A DNA stretch of 62,085 bases from an uncultured Prevotellaceae bacterium (GTDB lineage: Bacteria > Bacteroidota > Bacteroidia > Bacteroidales > Bacteroidaceae), in assembly GCA_946541745.1 (NCBI GenBank), contig CAMNJY010000001.1, forward strand, positions 1 through 62,085, read 5' to 3'. A program made the translations under genes and the position numbers. How positions within the stretch are numbered: the stretch's first letter is position 1; every line of letters begins with the position of its first letter. Shown in pieces: positions 55,039-62,085 of the stretch. The notes under the pieces are model-generated. The model saw only the letters and a list, made by a program, of their open reading frames with translations, made no database searches and was not told the DNA's origin.

Positions 55039-57168
55039 ATGAAGAGAAACAGCATCCTACGACTCAGTATCCTCCTGCTGCTGACGGCCCCGTTGACGCT
55101 TACCGGCGCCAAAAACAAGCGCCCGCTGACGGAGAAGGACATGGGCGCCTACCTGTTCACCTACTTCAACGACCCTACGCACAGCCTGTTTATGGCCATC
55201 AGCTATGACGGCTACACGTTTACGGCGGTGAACAACGGCGAGCCTATCATATCGGGCGACTCCATCGCCGAGCAGCGCGGCATACGCGACCCGCATATTT
55301 GCCGCGCACCCAACGGGCGGTTCTACATCGCCATGACCGACCTGCACGTCTTCGGCCGCCAGAAGGGGCTGCGCACCACCCAGTGGGAGCGCCCCGACAA
55401 ATACGGATGGGGCAACAACCGGGGGCTGGTGCTCATGGCCAGCGACGACCTGATACACTGGACCCATCACGAGGCCCGCATCGACAAGCTCTTCCCCGAG
55501 CGCTTTGGCGACATAGGCTGTGCCTGGGCGCCGCAGACCATTTGGGACCCCGCCGCTGGCAAGCCCATGGTCTACTTCACCATCCGCCAGCAGGCCGGCG
55601 GCCGCACCAAGCTCTACTATAGCTATGCCGACGAGGCATTCACCACCCTGGAGACTGAACCGCAGCTGCTCTTCGACTATCCCGACGACAAGGTCCAGGT
55701 GCTCGACGCTGACATCTGTCCCATGCCCGACGGCCGTTACTTCATGAGCTATGTGGCCCAGGAGAACCCCGGCGGCATCAAGTACATGATCTCCGACCGC
55801 ATCAACCACTTCGCCGACTACCATGCCGAGCAGATAGACGCCGAGCGCGGCAGCTGCGAGGCCCCCAACGTGTGGAAGCGCATAGGTCAGCAGAAGTGGG
55901 TGCTGATGTACGACATATTCAGCATCAACCCCCACAACTTCGGCTTCGTGGAGACCAGCGACTTCAAGACCTTCACGCCCCTGGGCCGCTTCAACGAGGG
56001 CGTGATGAAGGCCACCAACTTCACGTCGCCCAAGCACGGCAGCGTCATCCACATCACCAAGGCCGAGGCCAAGCGCCTGGAAACCTACTGGAACGAGCAG
56101 CAGCGGAAGCCGCGCCTCGTCAGGCCCGGCGAGCTGTGGCCCGACGTGAGCGGTGCCCACATCAACGCCCACGGCGGCGGTGTCATCAAGCATGGCGACA
56201 CCTACTACTGGTTTGGCGAGCATAAGTCCGACCACACGTCGAGCGCACTGGTAGGCGTGATGTGCTATGCGTCGAAAGACCTGCTGCACTGGGAGAACCG
56301 GGGCGTGGCCCTCAGCGTCAGCGACGAGCGTGGCAGCGACATAGAGCGAGGCTGCGTGCTGGAACGGCCCAAGGTGGTCTACAACCCGCTCACCAGGCAG
56401 TTCGTCATGTGGTTCCACTTGGAACTCAAGGGCCGGGGCTACGAGGCCGCCCGCTACGGCGTGGCCGTCAGCCGACGGCCTGAGGGTCCCTACCGCTTCC
56501 TCTACTCGCAGCGTGCCAACGCCGGCACGTGGCCCGTGGAGATGAACCAGCAGCAGATAGCCGTGCTCGACACAATGGACATCGGCCATTTCAAGGAGTG
56601 GTGGACGCCGGCGTGGTATAAGGCCGTCGGCCAGGGCCTCTTCGTCAAGCGCGACTTCGCCACCGGACAGATGAGCCGCGACATGACGCTCTACGTCGAC
56701 GACGACGGCAAGGCCTACCACATCTTCTCATCTGAGGACAACATGACCCTGCACATAGCCGAGCTCACCGCCGACTACATGCACCACACGGGACGGTACA
56801 CCCGCGTGGCCCCCGGCGGGCAGAACGAGGCGCCGGCCATCATGAAGCACGACGGCACCTACTGGATGATCACCTCGGGATGCACGGGCTGGGACCCCAA
56901 CGAGGCACGCCTATTCTCGGCGACCTCCATCTGGGGGCCGTGGACGCAACACCCCAACCCCTGCCAAGGGCCTAACGCCGGGAAAACCTTCGGCGGGCAG
57001 TCTACCTATATATTAAAGGTAGACCACGGCTATATCTTCATGGCCGACGTGTGGCGCCCCCGCCATCCGAGCGACGCCCGCTACATCTGGCTGCCCGTCA
57101 CCTTCGAGCAGGGCAAGCCCGTCGTGCGGTGGCAGGACGAATGGGAGATTGAGAAAATGAGAGATTGA
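55039..57168 (+). CDS. Two-domain GH43 glycoside hydrolase
   Basis: First domain: AYLF.YF, GIRDP.I, WAPQ, E.PNVW, PKHG. Second domain: INAHGGG, YYWFGE, ERPKV.YN, SRDMTLYVDDDG, NEAPA, SGCTGW.PN, TF.GQST (GH43_24 galactanase-like). Confidence 0.88.
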   Translation: MKRNSILRLSILLLLTAPLTLTGAKNKRPLTEKDMGAYLFTYFNDPTHSLFMAISYDGYTFTAVNNGEPIISGDSIAEQRGIRDPHICRAPNGRFYIAMTDLHVFGRQKGLRTTQWERPDKYGWGNNRGLVLMASDDLIHWTHHEARIDKLFPERFGDIGCAWAPQTIWDPAAGKPMVYFTIRQQAGGRTKLYYSYADEAFTTLETEPQLLFDYPDDKVQVLDADICPMPDGRYFMSYVAQENPGGIKYMISDRINHFADYHAEQIDAERGSCEAPNVWKRIGQQKWVLMYDIFSINPHNFGFVETSDFKTFTPLGRFNEGVMKATNFTSPKHGSVIHITKAEAKRLETYWNEQQRKPRLVRPGELWPDVSGAHINAHGGGVIKHGDTYYWFGEHKSDHTSSALVGVMCYASKDLLHWENRGVALSVSDERGSDIERGCVLERPKVVYNPLTRQFVMWFHLELKGRGYEAARYGVAVSRRPEGPYRFLYSQRANAGTWPVEMNQQQIAVLDTMDIGHFKEWWTPAWYKAVGQGLFVKRDFATGQMSRDMTLYVDDDGKAYHIFSSEDNMTLHIAELTADYMHHTGRYTRVAPGGQNEAPAIMKHDGTYWMITSGCTGWDPNEARLFSATSIWGPWTQHPNPCQGPNAGKTFGGQSTYILKVDHGYIFMADVWRPRHPSDARYIWLPVTFEQGKPVVRWQDEWEIEKMRD

Positions 57169-57172
57169 GAAA

Positions 57173-58396
57173 ATGAGAAATGATATGATGAGAAAGACTT
57201 TATTAGCACTATGTGTCTTCGCCGCAGCAGCTGTGCAGGCGAAGCAGTGGACGCCCAACCAGGTGAAGGACGTCATCCGACGGGTAAATACCTATTGGCA
57301 GCAGAACAACAAGGCGGAGGTGCGCTCCTTCTGGGACAACGCCGCCTATCACACCGGCAACATCGAAGTGTGGAAACTGTTGCACGACCGGCAGATGCTC
57401 GACTACAGCATCCGCTGGGCCGAGCACAACGAGTGGAAGGGGGCCAGGGAGGCCGACCCCGCCAAGTGGAAATATAAGCAGTACGGCGAGGGCCAGGACT
57501 ACGTGCTCTTCGGCGACTGGCAAATCTGCTTCCAGACCTACATCGACCTCTACCGAATTGAGAAAGGAGAGATGAAAGATGAGAAAGATGATAACCAGAC
57601 AAGCCCAAATGGTGGTGGCGTGCAAGGTAATCATATCTCTCAGCTCTCACCTCTCACCTCTGACAAGAAAATAGCCCGTGCCATCGAGGTGATGGGCTAT
57701 GAGGCCGACTCCAAGGCCAACGACTACTGGTGGTGGGCCGACGCACTGTACATGGTGATGCCGGTGATGACCAAGATGTACCGCCTGACGGGCGACGTGA
57801 AGTACCTGAACAAACTTTACGACAACCTGCTTTACAGCGACGCCATCATGTACGACCAGGAGACGGGCCTCTACTTCCGCGACGGCAAGTACGTGTGGCC
57901 TAAGCACAAGTCGGCCAACGGCAAGAAGGACTACTGGGCACGCGGCGACGGCTGGGTGCTGGCCGGACTGGCCAAGGTGCTGCAGGACATGCCCGAGGAG
58001 TATGTGCGCCAGCCCTTCTTCGTCGACAAGTACACCCGCCTGGCCCGCGCCGTGGCCAGTCTGCAGCAGAAGGAGGGCTACTGGACCCGCTCCATGGCCG
58101 ACGCGCAGCATGCCCCCGGCCCTGAGACGTCGGGCACCGCCTTCTTCACCTACGGCCTGCTGTGGGGCGTCAACAACGGCTACCTCTCCAAGAAGGAGTT
58201 TGCACCCGTCATCGACCGCGCCTGGCGTTATCTCACCGAGACGGCCCTGCAGCCGTCGGGCAAGGTGGGCTACGTGCAGCCCATCGGCGAGCGTGCCATT
58301 CCCGGCCAGACCGTTGACCAGAACTCGGAGGCCAACTTCGGCGTTGGAGCCTTCCTGCTGGCCGCCTGCGAGTATGTGCGCTACATCAGCAAGTAG
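57173..58396 (+). CDS. GH88/GH105 family glycoside hydrolase
   Basis: FWDNAAYHTG, FGDWQICFQTY, WWWADALYMVMP, WARGDGWVLAGL, ETSGTAFF, GVGAFLLAA. The start may be a later ATG (57185 or 57188). Confidence 0.88.
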   Translation: MRNDMMRKTLLALCVFAAAAVQAKQWTPNQVKDVIRRVNTYWQQNNKAEVRSFWDNAAYHTGNIEVWKLLHDRQMLDYSIRWAEHNEWKGAREADPAKWKYKQYGEGQDYVLFGDWQICFQTYIDLYRIEKGEMKDEKDDNQTSPNGGGVQGNHISQLSPLTSDKKIARAIEVMGYEADSKANDYWWWADALYMVMPVMTKMYRLTGDVKYLNKLYDNLLYSDAIMYDQETGLYFRDGKYVWPKHKSANGKKDYWARGDGWVLAGLAKVLQDMPEEYVRQPFFVDKYTRLARAVASLQQKEGYWTRSMADAQHAPGPETSGTAFFTYGLLWGVNNGYLSKKEFAPVIDRAWRYLTETALQPSGKVGYVQPIGERAIPGQTVDQNSEANFGVGAFLLAACEYVRYISK

Positions 58397-58408
58397 CCCC
58401 CGTACGGC

Positions 58409-59248
58409 ATGACCTATCATGACCTGTGGCGGCAGCTGACAGCCGTCTACACCGGGGGCGAGGCGCAGGCCGTGGCCCGGCTGGTGCTGGAGCGACGCTT
58501 CGGCATCAGCCTGGCCGATGCCCTCTGCGGGCGCGAGGCCGACGACGGCGCGCTGCTGCCATTGCTCAACCGCCTGCTGGGGGACGAGCCCGTGCAGTAT
58601 GTCTTAGGCGAGGCCGAGTTTGGAGGCCGCTGGTTTCTCGTGGCCCCAGGGGTGCTTATCCCCCGTCCTGAGACCTACGAGCTGTGCCAGCTGGTGCTGC
58701 GGCAGTGCGAGGCGATGGACATCGGTCGCGGTGTCTCCATCCTCGACATCGGCACGGGCAGCGGCTGCATCGCCTGCACGTTGGCCGCCCGTCTGCCCCA
58801 GGCCCGGGTGACGGCCTGGGACGTCTCAGCCGAGGCCCTTGCCATAGCCCGCCGCAACGCCGGTCGTACCCGCGTCGACGTCGCCTTCCAGCAGGTAGAC
58901 ATCCTTGACCGTTCAATATTCAATTTTCAATGTCCGATGTTCAACGTCATTGTCAGCAACCCGCCCTACATCTGTGAGCACGAGCGCCGGCAGATGGAGC
59001 GCCGCGTGATTGACCACGAACCGGCGGTGGCGCTCTTCGTGCCCGACGACGACCCGCTGCTGTTCTACCGCGCCATAGGCCGCTATGCCCTGCAGGCGCT
59101 GATGCCCGGCGGACGGCTGCTGTTCGAGATCAACGCCAGCCAGGGCCCGGGCACGGTAGCCCTGCTCAGCGGCATGGGCTTCGACGGCGTGCAGCTCTTT
59201 GCCGACCAGTTTGGCAACGACCGGTTTATATTAGCATTCAAGCCATGA
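58409..59248 (+). CDS. prmC: Release factor glutamine methyltransferase PrmC/HemK
   Basis: EPVQYVLG, VLIPRPET, LDIGTGSGCIA, IVSNPPY, HEP..ALF. Confidence 0.95.
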   Translation: MTYHDLWRQLTAVYTGGEAQAVARLVLERRFGISLADALCGREADDGALLPLLNRLLGDEPVQYVLGEAEFGGRWFLVAPGVLIPRPETYELCQLVLRQCEAMDIGRGVSILDIGTGSGCIACTLAARLPQARVTAWDVSAEALAIARRNAGRTRVDVAFQQVDILDRSIFNFQCPMFNVIVSNPPYICEHERRQMERRVIDHEPAVALFVPDDDPLLFYRAIGRYALQALMPGGRLLFEINASQGPGTVALLSGMGFDGVQLFADQFGNDRFILAFKP

Positions 59249-59733
59249 AAGAAGTAACCGAGCAGGGGGCCTACCTGCAGTTGGCCGCCCTCTGTGCGCG
59301 TGCCGAGCACTGCCGGCACGACCTGACAGAGAAGATGCGCCGATGGGGCATGGACGACCAGGCCCAGGCCCGCGTCATGCAACGCCTCGTCAGTGAGCGC
59401 TATGTCGACGACGAGCGCTTTGCCCGTGCCTTTGTGCGCGACAAGATACGCTACAACAAGTGGGGCCGCCGCAAGGTGGAGCAGGCCCTGTGGATGAAAC
59501 ATGTTGAGCAGGATATACAGCAGCGCGTGCTCGACGAGATTGGCGACCAGGAATATTTAGACGTCCTGCGCCCGCTGCTGAAGCAGAAGCGCAGCAGCCT
59601 GAAGGCCGGCAGCGACTATGAGCTGAACCAGAAGCTGGTGAAGTTTGCACTGCAGCGGGGGTTCACGTTCGACATCATCCGTCAGTGCGTCAGTGGCGAC
59701 GTGGAGGAAGTGGATGGTGAGCCGTATGATTAG
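59245..59733 (+). CDS. recX: Regulatory protein RecX
   Basis: LCARAEHC, YVDDERFARAFVRDK.RYNKWG..K, KL..FAL.RGF; ATGA overlap with prmC. Confidence 0.93.
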   Translation: MKEVTEQGAYLQLAALCARAEHCRHDLTEKMRRWGMDDQAQARVMQRLVSERYVDDERFARAFVRDKIRYNKWGRRKVEQALWMKHVEQDIQQRVLDEIGDQEYLDVLRPLLKQKRSSLKAGSDYELNQKLVKFALQRGFTFDIIRQCVSGDVEEVDGEPYD

Positions 59734-60424
59734 CACCCTCTGGCACCAGCTTCTCGACATGCTCATGCCGAGGCTCTGCGTGGCCTGCGGGCGGCGCTTG
59801 GGCTGGAGCGAGCAGACGCTGTGCGCCTCGTGCCTGATGCACCTGTCGCGCACAGGATTCCAGCACAGCCCGCTCGACAACAAGATGGCGCGCCTCTTCT
59901 GGGGCGTTGTGCCCGTGGAGCGGGCGGCAGCCTTGTTCTACTATGAGGCCCACTCCAAGACCAGCCAGATTATTTACGACCTGAAATACCACGACCGGCC
60001 CGACATCGGCGTGATGATGGGCCGCCTGGCGGCCCGCGAGTTTGAGGCGTCGGGATTCTTCAGCGGCATCGACCTCATCGTGCCCATGCCCCTGGCCCGC
60101 AACCGCCAGCGGCAGCGGGGCTACAACCAGAGCCGCCAGCTGGCCGAGGGACTCAGCCGTGCTACGGGCATACCTCTTTGCAGCCGGGCGGTGAGCCGCT
60201 CGGCGTTCAGGAAGAGCCAGACGACGATGGGCCGGTGGGACCGTCAGGCCAACGTCGAGGGCGTCTTTGCCCTCGCCGATGCCGACGCCCTTCGCGGCCG
60301 TCATGTGCTGCTGGTCGACGACGTGGTGACCACCGGTGCCACCATGACGGCCTGTGCCCGCGAGCTGCTCAAGGCCGGCGACGTCACCATCAGCCTCTTC
60401 GCCCTCGGCTTTGCCAAGTCGTAA
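59726..60424 (+). CDS. comF: ComF family protein (Zn-ribbon plus phosphoribosyltransferase)
   Basis: PRLCVACG..LC..C, LKY, RGYNQS, VLLVDDVVTTGAT. Start reassigned to ATG 59726. Confidence 0.92.
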   Translation: MISTLWHQLLDMLMPRLCVACGRRLGWSEQTLCASCLMHLSRTGFQHSPLDNKMARLFWGVVPVERAAALFYYEAHSKTSQIIYDLKYHDRPDIGVMMGRLAAREFEASGFFSGIDLIVPMPLARNRQRQRGYNQSRQLAEGLSRATGIPLCSRAVSRSAFRKSQTTMGRWDRQANVEGVFALADADALRGRHVLLVDDVVTTGATMTACARELLKAGDVTISLFALGFAKS

Positions 60425-60766
60425 CGACCGCCTTCCGGCCTACTACCTGCGCGGCTGCGCTGTCACGCTTTCCCTACATTTTTTTGTCCGAAAATCCTGA
60501 AATCCCAGAATCCTTAGAGAAATCGGAGGGACAGATGACCCCATCGGGTAAATCGGCGCAACCGTCCCCGTAATCCATTTTATTCACGCTCTTTCCATAC
60601 CTTTGCGCTTACTTTTCCATAGGCTGAAGCATTTCGTTTTCTATAATTGCTTGATTTTTAGGCCTTTGAAATTTTAGCTTGTTTGTATCTTTTCCATAGG
60701 CAGGCGATACACCATTGGAGAAAAAGTCGTAACTTTGCAACCGGAAGACATCGATAAAACTACGAT

Positions 60767-62085
60767 ATGCTAACAAGAACATTATACACACTCATCATCG
60801 GCATTCTGCTGGTTGCCTGCGGTCAGCAAAAGCATGACCCGGGCGCGCTGACGGCAGCGCGTTGTCTGGAGGAGGCCGAGGCCGCTTTTGCCGGCGACAG
60901 CATCCGTCAGGGTGAGGCCCTGCTGCGGAGAGCCATCCAACTGTCGGAAGCGTCGGAGGACTGGCATACCAATTATATTGCGTATCAGCGGCTGGCCGAA
61001 GCGCTGTCGCAGGGTAATCCCGGAGAGGCTTTGAAGTTGATGAAGACCGCCCTCAACATCTACGAGCAGCATCCCGACGACGAGCGTAACCTGTGTCTGC
61101 TGCTCGACTATGCCGGTACTTACGCCGCACAAGAAGCTTTCACCAGCGAAGGCTCCTACGACGAGGCCCTCGGCTTCACGCAGCGCGCCTACGATGTGGC
61201 AAGGAAGAAACAGATGGCTGACCTCGTATGCCAGACGCTGACCAGCCTTGCCAACATCAGCTGGGCAAAGGAGGACTATCGTCAGGCCGTTGACTACGCC
61301 CGTCAAGCAGAATCACTCCTCCCCCCTCGGGGGGAGACAGAAGGGGGGCTTCGGCTTGGCACATTGCAAGTTTTGGCCCGCTGCTACCTCAGTCTGAACA
61401 TGCTCGACTCGGCGGAAACCGTCTATCGGCAGATAGAACCGGGCGATGATGCCCACCTGGTTTATGTCGTACAGAGTAACCTGGCCAAGATAGCGCTCCG
61501 ACGGATAGGGGCCACCCAGGTGGAGGATAGCGTGGCCGAGGCTTTTGCCCAAGTAGAGGACTTCTATTACAAGGCGCTCGAGCAGAAAGATGAGTATTAC
61601 CAGGAGACGCTGCGCCAGGAGATGGAGAACCAGCAGCTTCAGTACCGCTCGCAGATGTACCGGCGAACACTCCTCATGACAATCGTTGCGTCGCTCATAG
61701 TCATATTGGCGATTGTGCTGTTGATTCGGAACAGAATGCACATTCAGGAACAGGAGAAGCGCCAGCTACAGCAGGAGGCCGAGCACCAGAAGAAGCTGCT
61801 GCACCAGAGTAACGAGGTGGTGGCATTCCTGCAGAACTTCATCCTCGAACGGACGGAGGTAATCAAGAAACTGAACCAGAGCGGCGATTCGCTCATCACG
61901 CTCAGTCTGCACGAGTGGAGCGAGATAGAACGGACGCTCAACGCCATCGACAACAACCGCTTCGCCAACATCCGCGAGCAGTACCCCAATATGACGGAAG
62001 ACGACATCCGCCTGTGTATCCTCACCCGATTGGGCCTCAGCAACCGCACCATCGGCAACATCTACTGCATCACCGTCTCAGCCGT
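60767..62085 (+). CDS. TPR-containing membrane-anchored regulator with a C-terminal LuxR-like HTH (partial, runs off the window)
   Basis: Not in the ORF track. MLTRTLYTLIIGILLVACG lipobox, TPR-like helices, TM helix (LLMTIVASLIVILAIVLLI), then W.EIE..LN...YPNMTEDDIRLCILTRLGLSNRTIG. TAACTTTG box at 60730-60737. Confidence 0.85.
   Translation, partial: MLTRTLYTLIIGILLVACGQQKHDPGALTAARCLEEAEAAFAGDSIRQGEALLRRAIQLSEASEDWHTNYIAYQRLAEALSQGNPGEALKLMKTALNIYEQHPDDERNLCLLLDYAGTYAAQEAFTSEGSYDEALGFTQRAYDVARKKQMADLVCQTLTSLANISWAKEDYRQAVDYARQAESLLPPRGETEGGLRLGTLQVLARCYLSLNMLDSAETVYRQIEPGDDAHLVYVVQSNLAKIALRRIGATQVEDSVAEAFAQVEDFYYKALEQKDEYYQETLRQEMENQQLQYRSQMYRRTLLMTIVASLIVILAIVLLIRNRMHIQEQEKRQLQQEAEHQKKLLHQSNEVVAFLQNFILERTEVIKKLNQSGDSLITLSLHEWSEIERTLNAIDNNRFANIREQYPNMTEDDIRLCILTRLGLSNRTIGNIYCITVSA

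Noticed and set aside
60782..62061. Minus-strand ORFs at the right end
   Set aside because: They are shadows of the + strand regulator starting at 60767, which has no stop codon inside the window.
1..62085. tRNA, rRNA, riboswitch, integrase or prophage genes
   Set aside because: None recognised by eye; a covariance-model search would be needed to exclude small RNAs.

Overview
A GC-rich Bacteroidales chromosomal segment, most likely Prevotellaceae. The assignment rests on SusC/SusD pairs, a hybrid two-component regulator, porU-porV and TAnnTTTG promoter boxes. From left to right: a decayed stretch (orphan XRE/HigA-like gene, T9SS-tail and TolC fragments); ridA; a starch/maltodextrin-type PUL (susC-D-E-F plus OmpA, divergent LacI and MFS); a YejM/PbgA-like gene; rnr; an orphan susC/susD pair; a large uronic-acid/pectin-type PUL (susC/D, PL22-like, PKD protein, GH105, HTCS, GH2, propeller-DUF362); ispF-porV-porU; cobB; three FKBP PPIases; GH51, double GH43 and GH88/105; prmC-recX-comF; and a partial TPR/LuxR-type regulator. 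The best candidate for an undescribed system is a DUF559 endonuclease gene bracketed by ~32-bp inverted GC-rich palindromic repeats. It lies between porV and ispF and is fused in-frame to IspF. The same repeat forms a 102-bp hairpin doublet with perfect 39-bp arms inserted in-frame in RNase R, and about eight degenerate copies occur elsewhere, mostly translated inside genes. The arrangement resembles RAYT/REP/REPIN but centres on a DUF559 nuclease. A second dispersed repeat (21-bp-periodic palindromes) and many heptamer tandem repeats are also present. All family calls are by-eye motif recognition; no database search was run. I saw no rRNA, tRNA or CRISPR array.
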